Shown here: piece after piece, positions 1 through 10,500 of the stretch
Numbering within the stretch: the first letter of the stretch is position 1
Layout of the letters: each line of letters begins with the position of its first letter
DNA from: Alphaproteobacteria bacterium
GTDB taxonomy: Bacteria; Pseudomonadota; Alphaproteobacteria; JASGCL01
Direction: 5' to 3'
NCBI GenBank assembly: GCA_965262775.1
Contig: CBDHFT010000007.1
Location: 147,847-211,846, forward strand
DNA length: 64,000 nt
The notes under the pieces: generated by a model
What the model was told of the DNA's origin: nothing
Seen by the model: the letters and a program-made list of their open reading frames with translations, nothing else
The model's database searches: none
Position numbers and translations under genes: made by a program

Positions 1-60
1 GCCTATAATAAAAATGATGATAATAAAAATAAGAAACCTGTTAAAAAAATAATATCATGA
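1..60 (+). CDS. possible 3' end of an upstream gene (AYNKNDDNKNKKPVKKIIS*)
   Basis: Frame 1 is open from base 1 to TGA at 58-60, which overlaps the next ATG (ATGA coupling). Too short to confirm. Confidence 0.3.
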   Translation, partial: AYNKNDDNKNKKPVKKIIS

Positions 61-1069
61 AGAAAAAATATAAAATCGCTGTGCTGTTGGCGGGCAATTT
101 ACGCACGTTTGAAGAAACCGCGCCTTTCCTAAAAAAATACCTGCTTGATTTATATGACAGCGATGTTTTTATCTACACTCCCAATCAAATCGAACATAAT
201 GAACAGGCATGGCACAATATCACGGGTAAAAAGCATAATTCGGACGATGCCACGCGCCAAGAATTGACGGCGAAAAGGCAACACGCCTCTACCGCCCCAC
301 CACATTGGTCATCAGCGATGATTATAAAAAAATCAATACCACAGGGGTTTGGCGATACCCAAGAAAAATAGAGTCGGGAATACAAGAAACCGCTTTAACC
401 GGTCCTTATCGTATGTTTTTTAATTGGAAAGAAGTTAATAAATTATGGCAAGTCCATGCCAAAAAGGCGAGGGTTAATTATGACTTCGTTGTATTTATTC
501 GCCCCGATGTTATGTTATTGGAGCCATTGATATTAGAAAATTATCATGATCTCTTTGATTTCAATAAAAAGACAATTATTTTTTTCTGCGGCAATTCTGT
601 TATCGAACAAAACCAACTAACCATTTGTCTATCCCATTGGAGTTCTGACAGGATTATATTCGCAAAACCCGAGGCGATGAATATTTTTTTAAATATATTT
701 GATCATTTTGATCGCTACTTTAAGCAGGCGCATCATCTCTTGTCCTTGCCAGCATTTGTAAGAAGCAATTTTGAAACCACTCAAACCCTTTATGCTACAG
801 AACAAGGCTTGTTACCTATCTTAGGCAAAATAAATTACGCACTAAAAAGAATGAACAAGAAAAATGACCAGGTTTTTATATTCCCTGACCGACTAAATTA
901 TTCCGCCAAAACCATATCAAAACATTTCCGCCGCATTATGATAAGGGAAAGATACCGCTGGGCAAGGCAATATATCCTAAAGGCTATTATTTTTATTTTA
1001 TTTATTTTTCCGCCTTTGAATAAAATATGGTCATTTTATAAATTTATAAAACGAAAGATTAAAAAATAA
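57..1069 (+). pseudogene. putative glycosyltransferase-like protein, frameshifted near 273-276; paralog of 1074..2084
   Basis: ORF 57..371 (MKKKYKIAVLLAGNLRTFE...DVFIYT) and ORF 305..1069 (YDFVVFIRPD) together align with the downstream paralog. Adding one A to the AAAA at 273-276 joins them (ELTAKKATRLYRPTTLVISDD). Confidence 0.7.
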
Positions 1070-1073
1070 TATC

Positions 1074-2084
1074 ATGAAAAAAAAATATAAAATCGCGGTA
1101 GAAATTTCGGGCCACTTGCGGGTGTTTGAATATTGCGCGCCGTTGTTAAAAAAACACCTGCTGGATCATTATGATTGCGATGTTTTCATTCACACCTGGG
1201 ACAGGCTTGACCACCAACAATTATCTTGGCATGGGCAAAAGGGCAGTTTTGGCGGCCAACCCGCCAACGAGGTAACCGATGCCATTAAAGAAAAAGTTCA
1301 AAAGCTTTATAACCCAAAAATCGTGGTTTACGACAGCGAAAAAAAATTAAAAAAAATTGATGGCTTTCTTGCCGAACCCAACAAAGAAAAAAAATTTGGC
1401 GGCTTCTCCCTCCAGGCTGTTTGGAACACCCTTTATACCGAGGTTGAAGCCCATGGATTAATGAAAAATTACGCCAAAAAAAATAATATAAAATATGATT
1501 TTGTTGTTCGCACCCGCCCCGATATTGGTCCGCTGGAACCACTTGTCATCGAACCTTATCTGCCATTTTTCTCCCTCAACCCTGATACCGCGATTTTTTT
1601 CCCCAGTTCGGTTTACATCACCGACCCAAAGCATCTTTATTTTAAAGATTTTTATCTTAATTTTGCGCCATCGGTTGATGTGCTTTACCTTGCCACCCCA
1701 TCGGCCATGGATAAGATGATGAATATCTTAAAGGATTTTGATTTTCTGTTCAGGGAATTGCCGCGCAACTTGGCGCGCGACATTCCACGTAGCGATGTCA
1801 AAATTTGGAACGTCGAATATCTGTGGGTACTTTACATGCAAAAAATTGGTGTTGCCTTCCATTTTGGCAAATTGGGACGCATTATCAAACGCTTTAACCC
1901 CAAACGCGACCACACAACCTTGTTTCCTGAACGTATGAAAAATGTAAGCGTCATCGAATATTTTTTACGCCAAACAATTTTCAAAAATCCTATTATTATT
2001 AAAAATCCTATCAATTACGTCCTGCGTCGATTGCCATTTATTATGGATTTGTATAAAACTATCCGTCGCAAAAACTTAATTTAA
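1074..2084 (+). CDS. putative glycosyltransferase-like / surface-polysaccharide-associated protein
   Basis: Motifs KIAVEISGHLR, DVFIHTW and YDFVVRTRPD, plus a basic amphipathic C-terminus. The function is inferred. Confidence 0.6.
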   Translation: MKKKYKIAVEISGHLRVFEYCAPLLKKHLLDHYDCDVFIHTWDRLDHQQLSWHGQKGSFGGQPANEVTDAIKEKVQKLYNPKIVVYDSEKKLKKIDGFLAEPNKEKKFGGFSLQAVWNTLYTEVEAHGLMKNYAKKNNIKYDFVVRTRPDIGPLEPLVIEPYLPFFSLNPDTAIFFPSSVYITDPKHLYFKDFYLNFAPSVDVLYLATPSAMDKMMNILKDFDFLFRELPRNLARDIPRSDVKIWNVEYLWVLYMQKIGVAFHFGKLGRIIKRFNPKRDHTTLFPERMKNVSVIEYFLRQTIFKNPIIIKNPINYVLRRLPFIMDLYKTIRRKNLI

Positions 2085-2120
2085 CTGACGGTTTTGTTAT
2101 TATTTACCTAAGGCTTGCCT

Positions 2121-2282
2121 GTAGGGGTCTTGAGGACTATTTCTCTTTGCTCTAGGTCTTGGCGACCCCATTGCTCTTTGCTCTAGGTCTTGGCGACCCT
2201 ATTTCTCTTTGCTTTAGGTCTTGGCGACCCCATTGTTGTTTGATTGGGGTCTTGGCGACCCCATTGTTATTTGATTGGGGTC
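2121..2282 (-). repeat. tandem 30-31 bp repeat carrying the tRNA-Glu 3' end (4 copies plus 1 degenerate)
   Basis: TGGCGACCC occurs at 2160, 2191, 2222, 2253 and at the tRNA end 2283. A degenerate unit starts near 2121. Confidence 0.9.
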
Positions 2283-2357
2283 TGGCGACCCCAACGGGAA
2301 TCGAACCCGTGTTTGAACCGTGAAAGGGTTCCGTCCTAACCTCTAGACGATGGGGTC
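2283..2357 (-). tRNA. tRNA-Glu(TTC)
   Basis: Reverse complement GACCCCATCGTCTAGAGGTTAGGACGGAACCCTTTCACGGTTCAAACACGGGTTCGATTCCCGTTGGGGTCGCCA; anticodon loop CTTTCAC; encoded CCA. Confidence 0.97.
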
Positions 2358-2505
2358 AAAAAAATTTGACTTGTTGCTTTCCCTACCCCATGCCTAAAAA
2401 AAATGCAAGACCAATCGCCGAATGTTACTTATTTAATATTTTGTTAATAATGAAGATTAACCTTTGGCAAAAAAAACAGCATTGGATTGTCAAAAATATT
2501 AAACC

Positions 2506-2937
2506 ATGTTATCAAACCCTATGCTTCAGCCTTTTATTGGCCGCCTTAACCATATCGCCATCGCTGTGCCCGACCTTGCCCGCGCCCGCGCCGACTATCT
2601 TTCGGCCTTCGCGGTTGATGCGTCTGACATCACCCCCCTGCCCGACCATGGTGTGTCGGTGGTTTTTATCAACATCGCCAATACCAAAATTGAACTGTTG
2701 CATCCCCTCGGCGCCGATTCGCCCATCGCCAAGTTTTTAGAAAAAAACCCAAACGGCGGTATCCATCACCTGTGTTATGAAGTTGAAAATATCATCGCAA
2801 CGCGCGATCACCTACGCGCCCACGGTTACAAAATCCTTGGCAACGGCGAGCCAAAACTTGGCGCCCACAATAAACCCGTTTTATTCTTGCACCCGAAAGA
2901 TTTTCATGGCACATTAATCGAATTGGAACAGGCTTAA
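2506..2937 (+). CDS. mce: methylmalonyl-CoA epimerase
   Basis: GRLNHIAIAVPDL, KIELLHPLG, GGIHHLCYEV, GAHNKPVLFLHPKDFHGTLIELEQ. The start may be 2521. Confidence 0.95.
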   Translation: MLSNPMLQPFIGRLNHIAIAVPDLARARADYLSAFAVDASDITPLPDHGVSVVFINIANTKIELLHPLGADSPIAKFLEKNPNGGIHHLCYEVENIIATRDHLRAHGYKILGNGEPKLGAHNKPVLFLHPKDFHGTLIELEQA

Positions 2938-2944
2938 TCATATC

Positions 2945-3205
2945 ATGAAACTCGTTACCCTGCTTTTTTCTTACCTTGTGTATTTTAGCACCATCTGGGT
3001 GGTTGTTTTTTTTATGTGCTTGCCGTTGTTCAACCCCAAACCGCCAAAAAAAATTGGTAAGGGGCACGCAACCTCCGCCCCACAAAATCCTCAAATAGGT
3101 AAAAAATTACTTCTTTCCTTGGCGATAAGCCTTATTATTTTATGCACGGTTATTTTATTACAACATTTTAAACTTGTGCCCACCCTCAACGACTTTGACA
3201 AATAG
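2945..3205 (+). CDS. DUF1467-like small membrane protein
   Basis: YFSTIWVVVFFMCLP...GHATSAPQNPQIGKKLL; position after mce is typical of alphaproteobacteria. Confidence 0.75.
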   Translation: MKLVTLLFSYLVYFSTIWVVVFFMCLPLFNPKPPKKIGKGHATSAPQNPQIGKKLLLSLAISLIILCTVILLQHFKLVPTLNDFDK

Positions 3206-3229
3206 CGTAGAATTAGCTAGCGAAAACAG

Positions 3230-4600
3230 ATGTTACAAAAAAATACCCAATCAATAAACTTTGTTCGGCTTAGCCAATATTTTTTACCAACCCTGAAGGA
3301 AAACCCGGCCGAAGCCCAAATATTATCCCACCGCTTGATGTTGCGTGCGGGGATGGTAAAGCAATTGTCGGCGGGCCTCTATAGCTGGCTGCCCCTCGGG
3401 TTGCGCGTTTTGAATAAAATTTCTGACATCATCCGCGAAGAACAGGCCAAGGCGGGGGCGCAAGAAATTTTGATGCCAACCATTCAACCCGCCGAATTAT
3501 GGCAAGAATCGGGGCGGTATGAAGATTACGGCAAAGAAATGTTGCGCATCACCGACCGCGGCGACCGCCCATTGCTTTATGGACCAACGGCGGAGGAAGT
3601 GGTCACCGCCATCGTCCGCGACACCATCAAATCTTATAAAGATTTACCGCAAAACCTTTATCAAATTCATTGGAAATTTCGCGATGAAATTCGCCCGCGT
3701 TTTGGCGTCATGCGCGGTCGTGAATTTTTGATGAAGGACGGTTATTCATTTGATTACGATGTAGCCCAAGGAAAAAAAGCCTATCAGAAAATTTTTGTCT
3801 CCTACCTGCGCACCTTCGCGCGGTTGGGGTTGACGGCCATCCCCATGCAGGCCGACACAGGCCCCATCGGCGGCGATTCGTCGCACGAATTTATTATCCT
3901 TGCCGATACGGGCGAAAGCCAAGTTTTTTGCGATAAAAATATTTTATCACTGGACGCGCTGGATGCAGGCATTGATTACGAAAGCGATTTGACGGACGTT
4001 ATCAACCATTGGACAGCCCCCTTCGCCGCCACCGAAGAAAAATTTGATGAGGCAGCTTTCAAAAAATTACCCGCCGACCGACAATTATCGGCCCGCGGGA
4101 TAGAGGTTGGTCATATTTTTTTCTTTGGCGACAAATATTCTAAACCCATGAAGGCCGTGGTGCAAGACCCAAAGGGCGAGCTTGTCCCCGTGCAAAGTGG
4201 TTCCTACGGCATCGGCGTTTCGCGTTTGGTGGGCGGCATGATAGAGGCCAGCCACGACGAACATGGTATCATCTGGCATCCCTCGGTAACGCCCTATGAC
4301 GTGGTGGTTATCAATTTACGCGCCCATGACGCAAAATTGGACGAAGCCTGTGAAAAATTATCGCACGAATTATTGCAAGCCAATTTATCGGTCATGCTCG
4401 ACGACCGCGACCTTCGTGCGGGCGAAAAATTTGCCGAACATGACCTGCTCGGTATTTCTTTCCAAATTATTATCGGCCCCAAATCGTTGGAGGCTGGCAA
4501 GGTAGAAATCAAAGACAGAAAAACAGGCGAACGGCAAGAGGTGCCCATCGCCGAGGCCATCGCGACATTGCTAAAACTTCGGAAGCCCTACCTAAAATAA
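3230..4600 (+). CDS. proS: proline--tRNA ligase (short form, no editing domain)
   Basis: [56 protein letters not shown]. Confidence 0.98.
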   Translation: MLQKNTQSINFVRLSQYFLPTLKENPAEAQILSHRLMLRAGMVKQLSAGLYSWLPLGLRVLNKISDIIREEQAKAGAQEILMPTIQPAELWQESGRYEDYGKEMLRITDRGDRPLLYGPTAEEVVTAIVRDTIKSYKDLPQNLYQIHWKFRDEIRPRFGVMRGREFLMKDGYSFDYDVAQGKKAYQKIFVSYLRTFARLGLTAIPMQADTGPIGGDSSHEFIILADTGESQVFCDKNILSLDALDAGIDYESDLTDVINHWTAPFAATEEKFDEAAFKKLPADRQLSARGIEVGHIFFFGDKYSKPMKAVVQDPKGELVPVQSGSYGIGVSRLVGGMIEASHDEHGIIWHPSVTPYDVVVINLRAHDAKLDEACEKLSHELLQANLSVMLDDRDLRAGEKFAEHDLLGISFQIIIGPKSLEAGKVEIKDRKTGERQEVPIAEAIATLLKLRKPYLK

Positions 4601-4613
4601 AAAATATAAAATC

Positions 4614-5861
4614 ATGATATCCGTTCGCGATGCCTTCGATACCATGATGCAAGGTATTTTACCCCGCGGCGGTAAAGAAAATATCATACTAACTTCTAAC
4701 ATCAACGATACCGTGTCGCGCTTGTTGGGCAGTGTGTTGGCGGAACCCGTGACGGCCAGCCTCACCATTCCCCAAGCCGCCATGTCAGCGATGGACGGTT
4801 ATGCCCTGCGCCATCAAGACATCGCAACCACGCCTGGCGAATTAAGCATTGTCGGAACTAGCCATGCTGGCAAACCCTTTGCTGGCGTGATAAAAATGGG
4901 TGAGGCTATCAAAATATTTACGGGCGGGTTATTACCCAAAAATGCCGATGCCATAGCCATTATCGAAAATACCGAACAACGCGATAACATGGTGGTTATC
5001 AAACAAAAACCCATCAAAGATAATTTTATTCGCCCCGCTGGTTTAGATTTTAAAAAAGGCGACGTGCTTATTGATGCCAACCAACCCATCACCACCCGCG
5101 CCATAAGCTTAATCATTGCCAGCGGGCAAAAAAAAATTACCATTCACCGCAAACCAAAGGTTGGCATTCTTTCGACCGGGGATGAATTGCAAACTATCGG
5201 CAAAAAAATATTGCCTCACCAAATTTATCCCACCAACAGCTACAGCCTGTTCGCCCTGATAACAAATGCGGGCGGCGAAGCAATCGATCTTGGTATTGCG
5301 CGCGACAAACCAATCGAACTTGCCAAACAATTACAGCGTGGTAAAAATTGCGACATGATTATCACCACGGGGGGAGCCTCGGTGGGCGAGAAAGATTTTA
5401 TCAAACATGTCATCGAAGAAAAAAAATATGGTTTAAAAGGGCAAATCGATTTTTGGAAAATAGCCATGAAGCCAGGCAAGCCCATCGTGGTGGGCAACCT
5501 GCACGGCGGCAAAACCCATTTCTTGGGTTTGCCAGGCAACCCCGCCTCGGCCATCATAGGCGGTTTATTATTCATTCCCGCCATGATAAAAAAATGGCAA
5601 GGACTGCCCCCCCGTTTGTTGGATGATGATGCCGTTAGCATGCCGCTTGCCACCGATCTTCCCGCCAATGGCGACCGCCAGGATTACATGCGTGCCAGCG
5701 TCAACAACGGCAAGGTCATACCCAGCCCCACCCAAGATAGTTCGATGCTAAAATTTTTACACGACAGCGATGGTTTTATTATTCGCCCACCATATGATGG
5801 AGAAAAAAAAATAGGCGAAGCGGTGATGTTCTTATCGCTTAAACAATTTCACCTATATTAA
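4614..5861 (+). CDS. moeA: molybdopterin molybdotransferase MoeA
   Basis: SAMDGYA, ILSTGDEL, ITTGGASVGEKDF, MKPGKP, GLPGNP, QDSSML. Confidence 0.95.
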   Translation: MISVRDAFDTMMQGILPRGGKENIILTSNINDTVSRLLGSVLAEPVTASLTIPQAAMSAMDGYALRHQDIATTPGELSIVGTSHAGKPFAGVIKMGEAIKIFTGGLLPKNADAIAIIENTEQRDNMVVIKQKPIKDNFIRPAGLDFKKGDVLIDANQPITTRAISLIIASGQKKITIHRKPKVGILSTGDELQTIGKKILPHQIYPTNSYSLFALITNAGGEAIDLGIARDKPIELAKQLQRGKNCDMIITTGGASVGEKDFIKHVIEEKKYGLKGQIDFWKIAMKPGKPIVVGNLHGGKTHFLGLPGNPASAIIGGLLFIPAMIKKWQGLPPRLLDDDAVSMPLATDLPANGDRQDYMRASVNNGKVIPSPTQDSSMLKFLHDSDGFIIRPPYDGEKKIGEAVMFLSLKQFHLY

Positions 5862-7277
5862 ATTATCGCGCAGGTGTTGGCACACCGTATCAAAATTATT
5901 ATCCAACGCGGTTAATTTTTCTGGCGCCTGCAACATTTTTTCTATATCGGCGTTAAACATGGGCAAGGGTAGACCCGCGGCCTGCACCGCCGATTCAAAT
6001 TTTCGCGCGTCGGCGGTTGCCAAACATAGGCTAGTCCCCTGTGCCTCTGCCCCCCCCGTGGTTTTGTATTTTTCTAGGGCGCGCAAAGCAATGGCGCTAT
6101 GGGGGTCAAAAACTTTTTGGGTTTTATCAAACCAATCCTTCATGGTTTGCAAATTTTCATCATTATCAACCCGCATCGCCACAAAATCTTGTTGCGTTTG
6201 CTGATGTTCGCTCGGCGATAATATCAACCGACCACTGGTTCTAAAATCCAGCATTTTTTCTTTTAACAAGGATGAATCTTGATTGAAAAGGTAATACATA
6301 TATCTTTCCAAATTGCTGGAAATTTGTATGTCCATGCTGGGGGAGTGAGTCTTTTTGACCGATTGTAGCACCATGTTGTTTTTTGCAAAAAATTGATAAA
6401 GTATATCGTTTTCATTGGTTGCGACCAAAAGTTTGTTAATCGGAAAGCCAAGGCATTTCGCATAATAACCCGCCAATATATTACCAAAATTTCCTGATGG
6501 CACGGCGATATTTATTTTTTGTTTGGTTTTGGCAAACAACATAACGCTGGCGCGGGCGTGATAAACCATTTGCATCAACACCCGCCCCCAATTGATAGAA
6601 TTCACCGCGGTCAAACCATAACGCGTCACCATATCATGGTCGGCGAATAGTTTTTTTACCATATCTTGGCAATCATCAAAACTGCCCCGCAGTGCAATAT
6701 TATGGATATTCCCCCCCTGCACCGTGGTCATTTGTTTGCGTTGGAATGCTGATACCTTGCCTTCGGGGTGGAAGACAACAACCTCGGTGTTTTTTGCCTG
6801 GCGGAATGCCTCAATCGCCGCCGACCCCGTATCGCCCGATGTTGCCGCCAGGATGGTAATTTTTTTATTCTGTGCTGTCAAAACATGTTCGAACAACGGC
6901 GCCAAAAATTGCATCGCCACATCTTTAAATGATAGGGTTGGACCATGAAACAATTCTAGCAAAAAAATATTCTTATCAATCGCCTGCCATGGTTGTTCGG
7001 TTTGCGCACCAAATAAAGGCAGGGAGTTTTTTAACGCCCTATGCAAAACATCTTGCGTGTTATCAGCGTTAAAAATTTTATCGCCAATGATGAAGGGCGA
7101 TAGCAAACCCACCGCAAAATCAAGCAAAGCCATGTTATGGCCATGTTCTAATAAATCTTGGCTAAGTGTTGGCAGTTGTTTGGGAATATACAAACCGCCG
7201 TCGGGGGCTAAACCTTTCAGCAAGGCCTGAGAAAAAGTCAGTTCTTGCTTATCGCCACGGGTAGAAATATAAAGCAT
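5853..7277 (-). CDS. thrC: threonine synthase
   Basis: YISTRG, ELFHGPTLSFKD (PLP Lys), ATSGDTG, NSINWGR, VPSGNFGN, SPSMDIQISSNLER. Confidence 0.97.
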   Translation of the reverse strand: MLYISTRGDKQELTFSQALLKGLAPDGGLYIPKQLPTLSQDLLEHGHNMALLDFAVGLLSPFIIGDKIFNADNTQDVLHRALKNSLPLFGAQTEQPWQAIDKNIFLLELFHGPTLSFKDVAMQFLAPLFEHVLTAQNKKITILAATSGDTGSAAIEAFRQAKNTEVVVFHPEGKVSAFQRKQMTTVQGGNIHNIALRGSFDDCQDMVKKLFADHDMVTRYGLTAVNSINWGRVLMQMVYHARASVMLFAKTKQKINIAVPSGNFGNILAGYYAKCLGFPINKLLVATNENDILYQFFAKNNMVLQSVKKTHSPSMDIQISSNLERYMYYLFNQDSSLLKEKMLDFRTSGRLILSPSEHQQTQQDFVAMRVDNDENLQTMKDWFDKTQKVFDPHSAIALRALEKYKTTGGAEAQGTSLCLATADARKFESAVQAAGLPLPMFNADIEKMLQAPEKLTALDNNFDTVCQHLRDNLI

Positions 7278-7305
7278 GAAAAGGAAAGCCAGATGGAATG
7301 ATATT

Positions 7306-7393
7306 TGGTGCGGATGGAGGGACTTGAACCCACACTCTCATTAAAAAGAAACGGATTTTAAGTCCGTTGCGTCTACCATTCCGCCACACCCGC
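7306..7393 (-). tRNA. tRNA-Leu(TAA)
   Basis: Reverse complement GCGGGTGTGGCGGAATGGTAGACGCAACGGACTTAAAATCCG...GGTTCAAGTCCCTCCATCCGCACCA; long variable arm. Confidence 0.95.
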
Positions 7394-7504
7394 ATAAGAA
7401 TGAAAATACTAAATATTTTCGTCCTGCTTTGCCATATTCTTAACCATTTTGCAACCATCCCTATCCACAGAATAAAAAAAATATTACCACTGGTTGGCTG
7501 GTGT

Positions 7505-10500
7505 TTAATTTTCTAGAAAAAACTCGATATCTTTAATCTGGTGCAACGACTTGGCTATTTCTTGCTTAATGGTCAAAGACAGCCCCAAATCCATGACAAC
7601 CGTTTTATCGGCCAATTGCAATTCTACCGTAACTTGGCCATGGCCTTTTTCTTGTTGGTTTAAAATATCGCGCAAGCGCGGCAGTTGCGATTGCCCTTCC
7701 GCCCCGTCATATAATTTTATTTTTAAAAATTTATAAAGGTCGGCTTTGACAGGTTCATCGCCCATTTTCCTTGCAATAGGATTCTTGCTAAACCCAGCCT
7801 TGGTTGCTTTGTCGCTTAACATGTCGCTGGCATGAATTATTTTTCTTATGTTGCGATAATAACGCGATTCATCATTCTTATCTTTTGTCATTTCAACTTC
7901 AACAAATACTTTTTCATTGGGGAGCAAAAACTTTTTTACTTTCTCGGTTATATCAAAATAATTAATATCTATTTCCCCGCCGCTGTCGGCCAAATTTAGA
8001 ACATAAAAATCCTTGCCTTTCTTGGTTTGGCGCACGCTTAGCTTATTAACCACCGCCAGCACATTAACCTTACCCGTTACCAATTGTTTCAATTCGCTAA
8101 TGGGGGTCAGGGTATAATCCTTCGCCAATTCTTCAAACCCGCGCAACGGATGATAAGCAAAATAAAACCCGAAGGATTCCACTTCTTTCTCCCCCAATTC
8201 TTTTTCATTCCACGGGGCAAAGGTTGTCAGGGGTTGCGCCATGTTTTTTTGAAAATTCTTATCATGCTGGAACAATGACGAAGCACCACCGCTGACATCA
8301 TCACCCATGGCTGTCAAGAATTTTAATATCAACTGAATATTTTCAAATACTTCCCTGCGGTTGGGATGAATATTATCAAATGCTCCCGCCGCCGCCATGC
8401 TCTCCAACATTCTTTTGTTAAAAATGGTGGCCGCAGCCTCAGGCGGGATTGCTTGGAAAAAATCCCACAGGCTGGTCTGCTGTTTGGCAGTGCTAGATTC
8501 GTCATCGCGCGCCGCCACCAACGCCTGCACCGCCTTCACCCCAACATTTTTTAATGCCGCCAAGCCGTAGGCAATGGCGGTTGGATTTTTGTCATCGTCA
8601 TATACAACTTCGAACAAAGCATGGGAATGCAGCACATCAGGGGGTAAAATATTGATGCCCATGGTTTTTGCCTCACCAACCAATATTGCCAACCTGTCGG
8701 TATCGTGCATGCCAAATGTCATGTTGGCGGCCATGAATTCTATCGGGTAATGGGCTTTAAGATAAGCCGTCTGGTAAGCCACCAAACCATAGGCCGCCGA
8801 ATGTGATTTGTTAAAACCATAGCCCGCAAATTTTTCAACCATATCAAAAATTTTGGTCGCCAAGGCCGCGCTTACCTTATGTTTGTTTATCGCCCCCTTG
8901 ATAAAATCTTCCTTCATCACCGCCATTTTTCTTTTATCTTTTTTACCCATGGCTTTACGGAAAACGTCGGCGTCGCCCGTGGAAAAATCGGCGAAGACTC
9001 GCGCAATTTCTATCACCTGCTCCTGGTAAATGGGCAAGCCATTGGTTTCCGCCAACACCTGGTGCAGCGACGGGTGGTCATATTCTATTTTTTCCTTACC
9101 CGCGCGCCGCGCCAAATAACTGGGGATGAGGTCCATCGGCCCTGGGCGATAAAGCGCCACCGCGGCAATAAGATGTTCCAACCTATCGGGTTGCATTTTA
9201 AACAACAGGTCGGTTATCCCTTCCGACTCAAATTGAAAAATACCGATGGTGTTACATTTGCAAAATATTTCAAAAGTTTTTTTATCGTCAAGCGGTATCA
9301 TATCAAGGTTGATATCAATGCCGCGCTGTTCTTTTATTTTTTTGATACAGCGATTCATGATGCTTAGGGTCGTCAAACCCAGGAAATCAAATTTTAACAA
9401 CCCAGCTAATTCTGCCGACTTCATCGAAAATTGCGTCATCAGCAAATTGCTGTCGCTTTTGCTATCGCGGTATAATGGCACGATTTCTTTTAACGGCCGC
9501 CCCGCCATCACCACGCCCGCGGCATGGGTTGCGGCGTGGCGATAAAGCCCTTCCAAGATTCTTGCCATATCGATAACTTGGCGGGTTACCTCATCCCCAT
9601 CGTATAGTTTTTTAAGGTCGGGCGATTGCTGTAACGCCAGGGTTAATTTCCGTTGGCGTTTTTCTTTTTCCTCTTCGGTTTCATTACCGTCTTCGCTCGG
9701 CGCGGCGGCATCGAAACGAAATGGAATCAATTTGGCAATATCGTCTATCTTGCCATAGGGGTGACCGAACACACGACCAACATCCCGCACCGCGGCGCGG
9801 GCTTGCAACGAACCAAAGGTAATAATTTGCGCCACGTGGGTATCGCCATATTTTTCTTTGACATAATGCAACACTTCATCCCGCCGTTCTTGGCAAAAAT
9901 CAATATCAACGTCGGGCATTTCTATACGCCCTGGATTCAAAAACCGTTCAAAAAATAATCCATAGTGAATCGGGTCCAAATTGGTGATGCCCAAGCTAAA
10001 GGCTGTTAATGACCCAGCGGCCGAACCGCGCCCTGGCCCCACGGGAATGCCATGATCCTTGGCATAGCGGATGAAGTCGGCGACTATCAAAAAATAATCG
10101 GAAAATCCCGCGGTTTTAATCACGGATAATTCATAAGCCAAACGCTCGCGATAGGCTGGTCGAGCATCATCGGTAATTTTTAGCAATTGTATTTTTTCTT
10201 CCAAACTTTTTTCCGCAACAATCTGCAAAATATCATCGGCCGACCTATCGCTTAAATCTTTGCCCAAACTTTCGGGGCGAAAAACGGGAATGATAGGTTT
10301 GGTTTTTTCTAAAATAAAATGGCAACGTTGTGCCACCACGCGGGTTTGCGCTATCGCCTCGGGCAGGTCGGCAAACAATGCCTCCATCGCCGCACCCGAT
10401 TTAAAATAATGTTCGGCGGTTAATTGTGGGCGGTCTTCGTCGTTTATTTTTTTTTGCGCCGCAATACACATCAACGCCGATTGCGCCAAAACCAAATCGG

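Noticed and set aside
2433-2447. TTAA-N7-TTAA CtrA-like box between tRNA-Glu and mce
   Set aside because: Likely to arise by chance in AT-rich intergenic DNA; no supporting context.
7249-7458. ORFs overlapping tRNA-Leu (also 48823..49065 over tRNA-Gly)
   Set aside because: Spurious translations of tRNA genes.
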